64,000 bases of DNA from Octopus sinensis (Eukaryota): positions 96,596,001 to 96,660,000 of the forward strand of contig NC_043005.1 in assembly GCF_006345805.1 (NCBI RefSeq). Direction: 5' to 3'. Shown piece after piece: positions 50,308-64,000 of this stretch. The first letter of the stretch is position 1, and every line of letters begins with the position of its first letter. The translations under genes and the position numbers were made by a program. The notes under the pieces are model-generated. The model saw nothing but the letters and a program-made list of their open reading frames with translations, was not told the origin of the DNA and searched no databases.

Positions 50308-50314
<7 letters not shown>
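50175..50314. mobile_element. Short fold-back element with 26-bp inverted ends
   Basis: ATACATAAATATGAGAGAGTAACCAC (50175-50200) and GTGATTACTCTCTCATATTTATGTAT (50289-50314). Confidence 0.8.
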
Positions 50315-50355
<41 letters not shown>

Positions 50356-50360
<5 letters not shown>

Positions 50361-50830
50361 TCTGAATCTTCAGTTTCTATATGCTAGACCACTGGTTTTA
50401 AATCGGTTTTAATCAAATTAATATTCAATTTTTCACCTTTATTATTTTTTATTTAAATTTAGATAACTATGTTCTCTAACCGGCAAAATTCACTGCAGAG
50501 AATTATTTTCTGCAGAATTATTTCCGGTATTTTGGCGCGCCAAAATGAAGACTTTTGAAATATAACCCCAAATGTAATTGGTAGAACTATATTCATGTTC
50601 AATTTCATACGGACATCCTATGTATAGTTCTGCAAATTATATTTTGCTATGGCGATCACACTGACTGGTTTGTGATTAATCTGTATATTTTGTATCTTTT
50701 TATTTGTCTTGCTTACGTTCTGGTGTTTGCCAAATTTTCTTGAGAACATTCCTTTCTTAGTGGTAAGACCATGGGGGGGGGGCACTCCTAGCATATGGAT
50801 GTCGACTAAGTGGTCATCCCTCTTATATGT
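50356..50830 (-). mobile_element. TA-embedded element, longer copy of the 43640-43954 family
   Basis: Left end is the reverse complement of 43700-43738 and the right 140 bp the reverse complement of 43747-43897. Confidence 0.75.
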
Positions 50831-51365
50831 ATATATATTATTTAGATATATATATATACGTATATGTGTGTTATATACATATGTTTCTGTTTACATACAT
50901 GCATACACACACAGACATGTATTTACACATATAAATATTGTTCACCATACTTCATATCCTGTCTGACGATCATCAACAGGAAACTCTAATGATAAAATGT
51001 GAGGTAACGAGGTACAATTAACACAAATTACTCTCATTCCTTGGTGTTGGGTATTGTTTGGAACTACACGTCTGTACCTACGTGCACTGTATGCATACAT
51101 AGCTATAACTATAGATACATAGATCGTTAAATGGATAGACAGATATTGACAGACAGTTGATAAACTATATCATAAAGAACATGGAAAAATCAATAGTACA
51201 GTAAGATATGGATGATTACGTGAGAAAGGAACACTTGAAAGACTAGATTTCCGGTTCTGTTAGAAAGCTGATCAGTTCTGGAAAGATGCTGCTGCTCTAC
51301 TACTACAACAACGATAACTACTACTACTACTGTTGCTGCTGCTACTACTACTACTGCTATTACTA

Positions 51366-51443
<78 letters not shown>

Positions 51444-51904
51444 CACTACTACTCACGCGCGCGAACTAAACCAGCGGTTCTCAAACTAAAGCCAGGCCAA
51501 CCCACTCAGGTAGTACAGAAATGTTTGATCCAGTTCTCTTTATTAATTGTTTATAATATCGGCACCTGACCAGCCATTTGATAGGAAGAAATTCAATCGA
51601 TAACATGAACCTTTAGCACTTTAGCTGTACTTGATCATATCGACCCCAAAAAGAACTCGTCCTGAAGCGAACCAAAAACGTTAGGAGCTGGAAGAAGGTA
51701 TATTTTTCGACGTTCTAATGACTCAACCAGCTTGTTGCCTTCTTCATCTTTACCAATGAGGAGACAAAATATATTTTTCGTCCATAAAAATACTTCTTTC
51801 TTCTTCTTGGCGTTGAACAAGTTATAAACGTTTATAATTATCTGAATTATATGGAATACTGCAACTTATTCCCCAACCCCGCCACTTAAAATTTCTTTTA
51901 ACAA

Positions 51905-52110
51905 CAGGTACAAGGCCTATTTTGGGGGAGAATTTAGGGGAGGGGATCTTGTCGAATCCATCAACCGCAGTACTCAACCGGTGCTTATTTTATCGACCTC
52001 GATGAAAGGCAAAGTAGGTCCCAGCGCCAGTTGAGCTCAGAACATAAAAGAGACGGCGGAAATGGCGCTAACAATTTTGCCCGGTGCGGCAACGATTCTG
52101 CCAACTGACT
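51905..52110 (-). mobile_element. SINE family B
   Basis: GGTGCTTATTTTATCGACCTCGATGAAAGGCAAAGT..GAGCTCAGAAC. Confidence 0.8.
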
Positions 52111-53779
52111 GCCTGAAACCCCCTTAATAATACTTGTTGGTTTTCTTCATGAAAATTATGTGCTAGACCACAGCTGAATGAAGCCCCTTTCGGGTTCTTA
52201 ATAACAGTGGTTCATTCCACAATCTGCTACATCCACCGACCAACCGGCATTCTTTCTTTGTTGTTCTAATGAATTGTATATTCATTCCTATTACACAAAA
52301 TAGATCTCTTCTCTCTCTCTCTCTCGCGCGCGCGCGCTCTCCCTCCCTCCACTCCTTCTCTTTCCCTTCTTCACATTTCTTTCATGTTCCTTCTTCCCAT
52401 CGTATATTATTTCACCATCTGTATAGCTGCAACCCTCTGGAATTCGATCACCGTACCAGTTTTCAGATTCAGGCCGATTTCTTATAAGATATGAACGCAG
52501 GTACGCGTGAATGCATGCGCCAGCGCGAATGTGTGTGGGGTTATGCGCGCAGGTCTCCCTTCGGTTGTATATGTTTTTATTGAGTGCGTTTGAGTGAGTG
52601 TATGTATGTGTATATACGCGTGTGTGTAGGCATTATGTAGATGTCTGCCTTCAATTGAATATATATATATTGAAGGAATATAATTACATTTGGCTGTGAA
52701 AATACACACTCTCACACACACACACGTACACGCGCGCACACACACACACACACGCATGCACACACACACACACACACGCATGCATACACACATATTCACC
52801 TGAATGTTTGTGAACGTGTGAATGTTTATTGTGCGAGCTGCCAATTGAAACTTAAACAATGAGCAGTGACACTGATGGCTTCTATGAAATGTATAAGGGT
52901 GCTGACAAGACACCCTGTTGTGTGTGCTTAAGATGTGTACGCATGTGTGTGTGTGTGAACATATGTAAGTGTACGGATGTAAGGAGGGAATTAGGCACCA
53001 CTTTAGACACCAGTTTGTGTGTATGCGGTGCATGGATGCATGTGTGCTTGTGTAAGGGTGTGAAGGTGAGGTCGGGTTTTCCATGTCAACATGTGGCGCA
53101 CATCTGCTTAATATTAGAAGCACTGAAATAATGCATACGAAAACGAAGCTAACAGACAGATGCATACAGATGCACAGCTCACACACACACGCGCACACAC
53201 ACTTCCATATACACACACAGGGAATAGAAGTGGATAAACAAGAGAGTTGTGTAAACGCAGCAAGTCTTTTGTGCTTATATGCATACATAACACACACACA
53301 CAAACACACACGCACACACACACGCACACACACACACATTTATATATATACGCTAATAAATTGCATTCACATGCATGTAAACATACATGGATCAATCAAT
53401 GTGCTTGAAAATTAATTTATCCACATTCATATATACGTATATATTCACATATGCATATGTGCGTGTGTGTGTGTACATTGCGCGTATGTTTGTGATATCT
53501 ATATATGTGCGTATTACGTTCATGCGTAAATACAACATGTCATACATGGATACATAGGCACATATATACAAAATTACATGGTGATGGCAGTTTCTTCTTG
53601 TTCGACGATCTTGAGGAAGGGCAGCACGACCTTGCGTGGCTTGCAAATAGTTTACTTGCGTGGCTTTGACGCTGTAGAGCTTTTCTTCTTGCTTGCACTA
53701 CGTACAGTTAAAGAGAGATTCAGTCTGTGCAATCCGATTTCACTCTTTAGACTTGAGGGCCTGACCACAATGGCACAAA

Positions 53780-55130
53780 ATTACATTCATTGTGAAATGC
53801 TTATAATTTGGTTTTCAATTCATGGTTACTAGAATCTCTTCAACATGCTAAAGTTCCAGACTCCATCATGGCCATAGACAACCTGACTTCCTCCTGTGCC
53901 ACCATGTGGAGTTAAATACAGAAAATGGTTTACTTGTCTCTGCTAATATACAGTATTACAGTGGTTATGTCAAGACAACAACCTCTCTATGATAGTGTTT
54001 ATGCTATCGGTATACCCCTTTTTATCGAGGTCATCTAAAGAGGACGTAATTTACTCACAGGAAGGCAGAAACACCAATTTAAAAAATGGCTTCCTTATGG
54101 AAGATCTGAAAAGAAACAACAGAAATATGAATGGTCTGAAGAGCTTTAACCTCGTTACATTTTCAACAGATGCAAGGATGGGGATTCACCAATAAACATG
54201 TTCCTACCTGGTTGTAAAACGATGGAAAACTAGGATGTCAGTCAGCAGCGATTGATTATTTCTCTAATATGGAATGGGGAACGTAAGAAGGAGGAAAATA
54301 TATCCTATTATAAAAGTTTTACTAACGAATACATACGCAGAGAATATATCGTGATAATATATCTCTGAACATTCTACGTTGCATAAATCAGTATCTCATA
54401 CGATTATTGACAGTAACATTCGTGCAATTCGAGTATTCGATTAGACGCCAAATAAGGTCCAATTCATTGATTTGAAAACCTGAAAATAATAAGTGGCCCG
54501 GATAACATGACTTCCATAAGAATATCAACATCAAATGAAATTGATTATCCATACCTAAACCCGAAATAAGGAATCAGATGCTTAATATCACTTCGAGCAG
54601 CTCTTGTATGTCACCATACATCTCTTGGTCAACATCTACAAATCTCCAACTATCAAATTGTATCCATGAGTAAAGATAGTATACATGAGGTCGATTACAT
54701 CGTGAGAGTTGGAAAACAGCTTCGCAGAGGATATTCCCTGCCTGATGGCCAGAGACACATGATTAGGTATGTTGCAGCGCTCTGCTTCAAAAATTTACCA
54801 GATAAAAGGGTTTCTGATCCTCAGTAGAAAGCTCATGCATTGTCATATTGTCAGAAAAGTTCAAAGTAACAGTGACACAGATAACCGAAGTAGACTCTGA
54901 TAGACTAACAACCAGTATATATCGTGATTTCGAAGGGTTTGATTTTATCACATAGAATAGGAAATAGCAACAAAATCCTCGGTGCACGATAGGGAGGGAC
55001 GAAGCAAAATCAACGAAATGTGAGAAGCGAAGCTGACTGTTGAATCACCACCGAAGATGAAACCCTCATCATTAGAAGGCATCGACCACGTCGAATTCGT
55101 ATAGAAACATTTAATAGATTCAGCAATCAT
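53780..55130 (+). mobile_element. Old R4/Dong-like LINE relic (RT through CCHC region)
   Basis: AYNLVFNSWLLESLQHAKVP (KAFDSVPHSW-like), FLMEDLK (YMDDLK-like), FSTDARMGIHQ*TCSYLVVKRWK (FS.DIGM.FG..KC..L.LKRGK-like) and IRRH. Heavily frameshifted. Confidence 0.65.
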
Positions 55131-55539
55131 AAGCAGACATGATAATCACAGTAAACATATCCTAGTGAATTATTACTTGTATTATTAAATTATTATTTGA
55201 AATAATTAACTAGGAAAATTTTTCTTTTGGGTTTGTCAGATTTTCTGTGTTGTTTCTTTGGCACCTCTTGTATCATATGATGGTTCATATAAGTAAACCA
55301 ACTTCCCAATAAGTGAGGGAGAGACTGAATAAATAATATATATAATAACGTATGTCATACACAATTATACACTATACCATGATAATATATGAAATATACT
55401 GACTTGATGCAATTGCAAAATATATATCCAATATTCATGGGAAAAAATTGTTACAGGAAATGTTTATATAAACATCAGCATGTATTCTTCACTGGTGAGT
55501 TCTCTGGTCTCGTGCAAACGAACACACTTCAGCGAGTGG

Positions 55540-55800
55540 AAAGACTACATAGTATAACTGGCAATTCATACTTTCATCGGTTGGAAAGGTCTAAAGTTGC
55601 TGAATTGCTGGGGGTAGTATGTAGATTGAAAAATATCGTACAGAGATGGAATACGAGCGATACAACTGAATTTGTACTACAACAGAGTGCTCTACAAATG
55701 TTGAGAATGAAGTTGATATTATACAGTTTAATCGAATATCTCAGTATATGGTATTCTGTGAGAGAAATGCGGAGTGTCCAGCATTCTCCTGCATAAGGTT
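55540..55800 (+). mobile_element. Possible Tc1-like transposase N-terminal relic
   Basis: KVAELLGVVCRLKNIVQRWNTSD resembles the Tc1 HTH (IA..LGVS.....II.R). Confidence 0.35.
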
Positions 55801-56416
55801 TGTATAACATCTATAAGAGATTTGATGCACATACAAAACATACGTTAAATGTACATGTAAAGACGTATACATGCAGAAAGCGTTACAAATATTTTTGCTC
55901 GGCAAATAAGATCTCGAATTTCGTACAAGGGCACCGAACGCTCTGCTACAGGAATATATAATATATTGGGATATATTTGCAAAATTTTATGCTATTTTCT
56001 TTTATATGTGTGTGTATGTATACATACAAACTTACATTTATATATGCTTGTATGTAATGTATGCAAAAAGTATTCACAACTGCACGAGTATGCATACACA
56101 TGACCGCTTTCAAAGATCAAGAAATATTCAAGTAGAGTCGGCACATTCCATTTGGAGTAAGAATCTCGGTTAGGGTTAAGAATGTCTGCATTGAACGGAG
56201 ATGCAGAAAAGTTTATATGATGACTGATATTCATTCTGCGGGCGTAGAATTGTGGTTAATGGATCAAGATACCGCGATGATGATGAGGTGGTTCCAATTA
56301 TTTCCACTGGTAATGTTCTTTAGATTCCCTCTTTGATGTGTGTTTATATTCATATCGCGAGGTTCTGTCTTCGAATGTAAATTTATGCATACATACATAC
56401 ATACATACAAACACAC

Positions 56417-56466
<50 letters not shown>

Positions 56467-57142
56467 GTATGTATGTATATATATATAAATATATATACAT
56501 ATATACACACACACACACACATATATATATATTAGACAAAATGAGATAACAAAGCCAAGACTGTGAGAAGTTTTCGGGACATTTATAAGGAAATACATAT
56601 AGATACGGTCTTACTGCTGTTTCTGGGATATTATGGATATCCCTTCATCAGAGACGGTGTGGGAGGGTTAAATAGAGGTAAATATTTGAGTTCGAAATAT
56701 GTAAGTATGTATACATATGCATGTAATGATGTATGCATGTATGTATGTATGACCCCTGGGATACCAGCTTTCAGATTCTAACTCGTTAAATATATTTTGA
56801 ATAAACATGTATTCTTGATTTGAAGTTAAATTTCGCTTTATTGAATATTAATTTAGTATTCCTACAAACACACAAACATGCACACACAGACACACATACA
56901 CAAACACATATACACACACGTACATCCGCAGACAGGCACAAATATACCACAAACACACATACGTGTGTATGCACGCGTGTATGAATGTGTGTGTGTATGT
57001 GTGTGTGTGTACGTTTAGGGTGGGCTGCAGTAATCTGACAATTTTGTCATTTCTAGGAATTTTATTTCAGTCATCAGATTTGATACCATATACTAATATG
57101 GAAATATGCATTATACATGTGTATGTGTGACTGTGGATATGT

Positions 57143-57205
<63 letters not shown>

Positions 57206-57929
57206 CACGCACACACATTTATATACACACCTATATACATATGTATGTGCGTATGTTTGTGTGTCTGTATGTAAGTATGTACTGTGTTCATAAGATTGAT
57301 TGATGTAATCTTATCAACAATAACAGTTAATCACACGGCACAATAACTTGATGACTTTCATGTGGAAGAGTTCATATTTCGTTTTGAGAATTGTATATGC
57401 ATAATATATATAAGCATATATACTGATTTACATACATACCTATATATATGCATATATATATATATATACACACATTATATAATTTATTTGGGCGAACCAA
57501 TGACTCGTAACTCGAGTTTCCTCGAAATGTTACGGCTTCCTTTAATGGAGAAGGATTATTATATATATATACATGTATGTATATATATATGTGTGTGCGC
57601 GCGTGTGCGTGTGCGTGAGTGTGTGTGTGCGTGTGTGTATACATACATATATATAAATATGTATATATGTATATATATATATACATATTTATATATATAT
57701 TATATATATAATATGTATGTATAACATATACGTATCTATGTATGTATATAAGAGGGAGTGGACAAACGAAACATAGCCACTCAACAAATGTACTGGGAGT
57801 TACATGTATGAATCAAAATAGCTTGATATATATATATATTGATAGAAATGGCTAAGACAACAAAAGAGCTAATCAACGTCAGCATTCGTCCTATTTTTCT
57901 GTACTACCATGTTAGCTTGGCAATAACTA

Positions 57930-57961
<32 letters not shown>

Positions 57962-58100
57962 CGTAGATGTACTTGCATAGCAAGTGACCTGATCTGAGAT
58001 TGTGTGTTGGAACGAAAACAATTGCAGCGTGGACGGTGTTTATAAGCAATTTAAGAAACACACAAAAAACCGTTAGATTCACTTCAACTAATAAATTTAA

Positions 58101-58152
58101 TTTGCCAAAAATATTTTCGTCGCTTTGAGACCGCGACCTGTTTACTGACAAA
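58101..58152 (-). ncRNA. Hammerhead-topology motif with non-canonical core
   Basis: TTTGTCAG-TAAACAG-GTCGC ggtctcaaa GCGAC-GAAA-ATATT-T-TTGGCAAA: stems I, II and palindromic III are present, but the core does not match CUGANGA. Confidence 0.3.
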
Positions 58153-58208
58153 ATTACGTGCTGCATCATATATATATATATACATATATATAGACAGAAA
58201 TACATACA

Positions 58209-58242
<34 letters not shown>

Positions 58243-59559
58243 CCGAAGATTTAATATGCTGGGCCACTGGTTTTAATTGATTAATATCAATTTCTACCCT
58301 TATAAATTATATATATATATATATTAATTTATATATAGAGGGCATTATTACACATACATGCCACACGCTAAGAGGGACATTATTCACGCTATCTACCTGA
58401 TAATTTCTTGTTAAGATTCCTTATTAAGAAGTTATCCTTAATTGTTATATATATATATATATATATATATATGGGTGTGTGTTTGTGTGTGGTGTCTCTA
58501 CATATACACACACAAAAATACGAGTACATCAGTGCAAAACACGATGGTGAAAGTAGCACTCGAATACTAAAGAAATGTATGTATGCGTACGCGTAACCGT
58601 GTAGTTGAAATCAAAGGAATACGGTTTTAATGAATATAATATTTAACTTCCATATTTTAATTCATTTCGAACTGATAACAGCACAACCTGTTTTACCTTT
58701 CTAAGTGTAGAGACAGGGGTAAATTAATTAGAGCCACACAATGACAAGAATACTTATTCTCCTGTAACAGAAAGACTGAGCTATTTAAAGTGTAGACAAA
58801 CGCAGAGCGACATTGTTCTGTTTAACAGGCATGACAATACGAACTCTGGCAAGATGAATGAATTAATTAATCAGTGCTCTGCAAAACGTTGCTTTTTAAT
58901 ACTTTGTGGTGTAAAATATACCTTTTAACAAGCATATGATTAATGTCTTTAATGTTATATATCTAGCGTATGCCTCTGTTCTTGCATGTTCTAAATAACC
59001 ATTAAGAAACTGATATATGAAGCAAATATCATTACAAATAGAAAGCGCCGAAGAATAAATTACAAATCTGTATTTACCATCGTTAATGTAGCAAGCTACA
59101 ACCAGATGACAATAGCATTACGATTAATTACCGTCTAATGTTATTGCTGGTTTTTAAAGAAAGCTCAATCGAAATGAACGCGCATATACGAATACATACA
59201 TTATATACTCGCAGTAACCAGCGTTTTCCTCATTCTCTCCACAAGTTATTTCGCGAAGTTAGTTTTGTACCATCAGCTGTTATGTTGTAAGAGTCTTTTT
59301 CCGTTTGTGAGTTCTTGTATAATCGACGTGGGCCAAGTGGATTGGTGAAGGAGGGGACTCACGCTGCCTATGCATCATTCACAGAGAATCAATCTTTATA
59401 CATTTTATTGGCGACCCAATGAACTCTAATGCAGCCTGATTTTTTTTTACCAAAACGTTCCCTATAATATAAAGTACGCGAAAAGAACACAAAGCTGTGT
59501 AGGATCATCGCCTTTTTTGTACGACCTGGAGCATCAGACCCGATTTAAAGCACTGGCAT

Positions 59560-59950
59560 TCATTACAGAGAGGTGATTGTACCTCTATGGTCATTTTTCT
59601 CATCACCAGTCGTCAATCGCCGATGATTTCATTAACGAAATATTCCAAATCCTTTTCGTAGAGGAATTAGACCCTCACCCCATTCGATGTCAAAGACTGC
59701 AAAAACTACCACGAGGATTATACAAATTTCTAGCGGGAAACACCTAGTATTCAATTTTAGTGTCTCCACCATGTATGCATTGCAGAAGTGTGCAAATATT
59801 GTGTGGAAACGCTCGAGGTAGAATTTATTTTCCATAGGAATGTTTATCGAAGTAGCTGCCCCGCTAAATTTCTGGACCTAAACTGAACAGGAATGATGGC
59901 TTTTACCAGGATATAGTACATGGCGCAGCAACATTTCCCGGTCTCTTCTG
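59560..59950 (+). mobile_element. Possible Tc1/mariner relic
   Basis: ILFVEELDPHPIRCQRLQKLPRGLYKF loosely resembles the L.LHPYK.Q..Q.L...D motif. Confidence 0.3.
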
Positions 59951-60167
59951 TTCCTAATGGCTATAATGTTCCTAGTGGCTATAAGAGGAATCTAGGCGAG
60001 CAGATAGAAAGACAAAAATCGAAATAAACAAATTAGACTGCTTGAGTTTGATATACAAAATAAGAGAAAGCACAGACTTAAAAGTTTCAGACGATGAATG
60101 TTCAAGTATAAATGCCTCTGTACTATGTGTAAGTTGGCTTTGTTAATATCTATCTTGTCTGTCTGTT

Positions 60168-60236
<69 letters not shown>

Positions 60237-60301
60237 TCGCCATGATAGATCGCTAGCCACTACATATTCTTTATTTTCTCTCCTTGTTTCTTTCTGTGTT
60301 C

Positions 60302-60337
60302 CTTTCTGTGGAAGAGCGTAGGCTCGAAACGTTAAAG
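60302..60337 (+). ncRNA. Minimal type I hammerhead motif (family H1)
   Basis: CTTT-CTGTGGA-A-GAGC gtag GCTC-GAAA-CG-TT-AAAG. Host element about 60233-60425, following (TA)n. Confidence 0.68.
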
Positions 60338-60599
60338 ACTTTTTCATTTCCCGAGCGTTAAACTAATACATCAGGTTGTTTTCTACACCACCTGTCTTCG
60401 TCTTTTGTCTTTTTTTTTTGTGAATACATGCACATGCGAAGTATAAATTTAATCAAACATAAAGTCAAACACGTACACGTAGTCAGACACAGATAACAAA
60501 AAAAAAATAAAACATGAAAGTAAATATCCAGAGGAACAAGAGAAACTACATTTTTCAGATAAACACCGATTCATTGTATTATTTTCTCGTTGTGTCTAA

Positions 60600-60601
60600 C
60601 A

Positions 60602-60632
<31 letters not shown>

Positions 60633-60768
60633 CTTCTTCTTCTTCTTCTTCTTCTTCTTCTTTTCTTCTTCTTCTTCTCTTTTCTTTCTCTTTCTTCTCT
60701 TCTTCTTTTCTTCTTATTCTTCTTCAATTCTTCTTCTTTTTTTCTCTTTTCTTCTTCTTTTTTTTTCT

Positions 60769-60821
<53 letters not shown>

Positions 60822-60822
60822 T
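60600..60822. repeat. (CTT)n and CT-rich array
   Basis: Direct reading. Confidence 0.95.
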
Positions 60823-61194
60823 TTCTCCATGTGATTATTGCTGTCATCGTCGTCGTTGTTTTAGTTATGTTTATCTGTTACAACGATTTTTACAAAATGG
60901 CGGAAATCTGACAAGAACTTTTCGCTTGTCAACAGCTATGTTCGTCTGACATGGTGTCAGAGAGATAGTGTTGCATTACGTAACATTTTGCTGGAGGAAA
61001 AGCTTCAACAAACGGCCGACAGAAGAACAATCGTTTCATTAAGAGATAACATCAACAACGACAATAACAACATCGTCTGTAATGATGATTTCTTTAGCAT
61101 AAGTTAGTACAGTAATAACAATGGCATTTAAAGTTTATTTAACGGCAACGATGTCATCAAAAACTATGAACAGGATAGCACCAGCAACATCAGT

Positions 61195-61560
61195 GGAGAC
61201 GCAATGGCCCAGTGGTTAGGGCAGCGGACTCGAAGTCGGAGGATCGAGGTTTCGATTCCTAGACCGTTGTGTGTGTTTATTGAGCGAAAACACCTAAAGC
61301 TCCACAAGGCTCCGGCAGGCGGTGGTGGCGACCCCTGTTGTACTCTTTCGCCACAACTTTCTCTCACTCTTTCTTCCTGTTTCTTGTCCCCAACTTCCTA
61401 CGCAACTGCTGAGCCTGGATGTGCATTCATCCATCTATCGATGCTCTCGGTGTCGTGGGTTGACCTGCTTTCTCTTCTGCAGGTCTTATGAATAGCAAAG
61501 GACCACATTTCGGACTTCTCCCATCTTGCGAGCTCTGGGATGAAGATCGTTCGCTCAACA
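61195..61560 (+). mobile_element. tRNA-derived SINE (family C head, tail type 2)
   Basis: GGAGACGCAATGGCCCAGTGG..GGTTTCGATTCC. Homologous along its length to 19048-19385, ending in (CAA/CAG)n. Confidence 0.85.
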
Positions 61561-62246
61561 GCAACAGCAGCAATATCAAAAATGTCTATTGTACGATACA
61601 AATAAGATTCTCTCTTATTTGTATCGGACATTACACATTTATCGACTCATATAAAACAACAAATGTTAGTTTGTTTATATTTATATACAAGTGGTTGTGC
61701 ATTTAGCTTTACATCGTCTAAATTTGCGGTTAAACTTGTCAGCCGGCAGTTTAGCTTAATTATAAAGCTTTCAGCCGGAGTCTCTGAGGGATGTAGGTTC
61801 GAGCCTCATGTAAACTTGTTGACAATTTTTTCTGCTTTGTACGTGTAATTTACTCAATATTTCTCCTGTTCAACGACGTTTCTGCGTTCGTAAAAATTAA
61901 TTGTCATCCTTTTTATATCGTTATTTACTGTCTTCTCTTGTTTGTAAACTTTTGGTGTATCGATTTGTTACCTAGGTTGGTTTGTTACCTATATCGATCT
62001 GTTATTTATTGTGTCCTTTTCCTTATGGCAAATATTGATCTACCACATCTATTGATCTGTTATTTTCATGACTTCTCAGTTATAGTCCACTGTTAATTAT
62101 AATGCGTTGTGACTTATTGTTCGACTACTTTTAGTGTTCTACTTCATACATCGATCTCTTACTTATATTGATCTGTTTGTACGTCTATTGCCATTTATGC
62201 GACGTATTTTGTATTTATTTTTTAAATGTTGCTCCTTTTGTCACAA

Positions 62247-62284
62247 GCTAATAGTAATGTATTCTTTTTTTCCTCTAGGTAAGT
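62247..62284 (+). other. Candidate recursive splice site (3'SS directly abutting a 5'SS)
   Basis: Branch-like GCTAAT, then ATTCTTTTTTTCCTCTAG|GTAAGT. Confidence 0.3.
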
Positions 62285-62365
62285 ACTTCAACCAACTCCT
62301 GAGGATTCATATACATATCATTCCCAAAGGTTTTGATTCCACCTTGTGCGGAGTGTAAGTACAGC

Positions 62366-62420
<55 letters not shown>

Positions 62421-62799
62421 ATACATACATGCATACATGCATACACACATCTTTAAATTAACTTATCGAAAGTGTAAGTTAAATATCATTGATTTCTTTA
62501 CTGTTTTTTTTGTTTTTGTTTTTTGACTGTGTGTTTAACAGCTGGGTCACATATATCCTTCATTGCAGTTGAGTGAAGGATCTTTCTATTGTCGGAATTG
62601 TATTACATTTTTAGAGCTACTTCTTTCTATAAAAGAAAATTCTGGGCTTGTTAATGTTCCAAGCTGGTACGGTGGAACGGTGCTGGATTAAATAATTAAT
62701 TAGTCAAATAAGCAATTATTTATTAAAGTTATGCGTTCAAAATATATCCGGTGATTCTGTGTCAAGTTAGTTAAATTTTCGAGTCTATAGGTCTCTTTG

Positions 62800-63035
62800 C
62801 TCGCGCTTATCTCGATTTTTATGGCGTGTAAACGACAGATGGTACAAGATTCTCTCGCTTCTAAAAAGGATGCCTGTCCAATTCAGAGTTAATCCACAAC
62901 CACTACTGATATTTATTTCAGTTGCGTATATTCGAAGCACGTGAGCCGAAGTGTCTTGTTCAAGAACGCAATGTGTCACTCAGATCAGCATTGAAATCAA
63001 TGTCTTCAAGATCTTGAGACCAATACCGTAGCCTC
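62800..63035 (-). mobile_element. Decayed SINE
   Basis: GTGTCTTGTTCAAGAACGCAA CORE-like block in reverse, with a degraded B box. Confidence 0.45.
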
Positions 63036-64000
63036 TAATCTACTCACATTCACTGAAATCCGAAATAATTTGTCAAAAGCAATGCATTTTAATTTACGCA
63101 AATAATATTAAAAAAAGGAATGAATGACACTCCATTCAACTACTTTCAAATGAATGTGGAAATAAAACAATTTATATTTTCCGATATAAACTCCTCCATA
63201 TATTCATACACATAGTGTATGGCTTAGAAAACAACAGCTAAACACTGTGCTCTATTCTTATATTGTGCTATCCTCAACGACCTTACAGCAGTTTCCTTTC
63301 CCAGAAAATTGTTCTCTTATTTATTCTTGATTATACTTATTTAACTTTACTTTGCGTTTCTATTTTAAAACATAATTTCCGGTATAATTTACAAATTATT
63401 TCTAATTACATTTCATTATACTGTGTGAATATTTGCTTGGGTATATGTATGCACATGAGTATTAAAACATATATTATGTACACACATGTATCTATGTCTG
63501 TAGGTATATATATACATATAGGCATATACGTGTATACACACACACACATGTATGTATGTATGTATGTATTTATGTATGTATGTATGTATGTATGTATGTA
63601 TGTATGTTTGTATGTATGTGTGTTTGTATGTATGTATGTATGTATGTATATGATCGTTAGTCATCGAAAATCCAAGCCCAATGACGAGATTTGAGACATT
63701 AAGGAGTACGTCTCATCAGTGGTTTTGTTATTCTTTGTGATTTAGAAATTAGTTCAAATTCTGTTGAATATATTATTACTTGATATTGTACCAGTGAACA
63801 AGTCGGCGACGCATGACGGAAATCTAATATTTAATAGTATATATTAATAATTCCGACTAAATCAAAAGTAAGTATAATAGTGTTTTAAATGGCGAACATG
63901 ATATCTTACGATACAGGTCTTACACACATATTTGCATATATACATTCAAACATACATTCGATAAAAGACTATCCTAGAATAAATATAGAGAATCCTTCTG

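Noticed and set aside
51635-51820. 61-aa protein-like minus-strand ORF
   Set aside because: No convincing splice sites or recognisable motif, and it ends in a SINE-derived GGGGTCGAT fragment.
53580-53760. Histone H1/protamine-like reading SASKKKSSTASKPRK on the minus strand
   Set aside because: Short, interrupted by a stop, has no globular domain, and abuts a plus-strand RT relic.
55389-55796. 135-aa ORF as a host gene
   Set aside because: Only a short HTH-like stretch is recognisable, which fits a transposase relic better.
57500-57540. CGTAA-CTC-GAG tttc CTC-GAAA-TG-TTACG hammerhead-like motif
   Set aside because: The core strand is only 3 nt and it is a single copy, so it cannot be supported.

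Overview
AT-rich, microsatellite-saturated eukaryotic DNA, most likely intergenic or intronic. The SINE families and TA/ATGT/trinucleotide density point to a coleoid cephalopod, probably Octopus (inference, not searched). I found no complete host gene, rRNA, true tRNA or CRISPR array, and almost every ORF in the supplied track is a microsatellite translation artefact. The window holds at least three tRNA-headed SINE families in more than 20 copies. It also holds mariner/Tc1 relics and MITEs, Helitron-like ends, and LINE fragments of the Tx1/L1, RTE, R4/Dong-like and CR1/Jockey-like types. A Penelope-like GIY-YIG end and a 100-N assembly gap are present. The most striking unexplained layer is a set of short elements embedded in (TA)n that carry type I hammerhead ribozyme (HHR) motifs and fold-back ends. 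These include a spacerless 114-bp palindrome encoding a complete HHR on each strand (37637-37750) and a four-copy ~180-nt family with a minimal HHR with a consistent A6-to-U core change. A long-stem-II HHR lies at 2720-2795, and several fold-back junctions fall next to HHR half-cores. Other notable items are a ~545-bp element found only inside (TAA)n tracts and a TIR element whose interior copies a LINE fragment 1 kb away. A 38-bp hairpin minisatellite sits inside an RTE, there is one plausible minus-strand coding exon (6435-6566), and one textbook recursive-splice motif (62247-62284). All ribozyme calls are from sequence and pairing read by eye; activity is untested.
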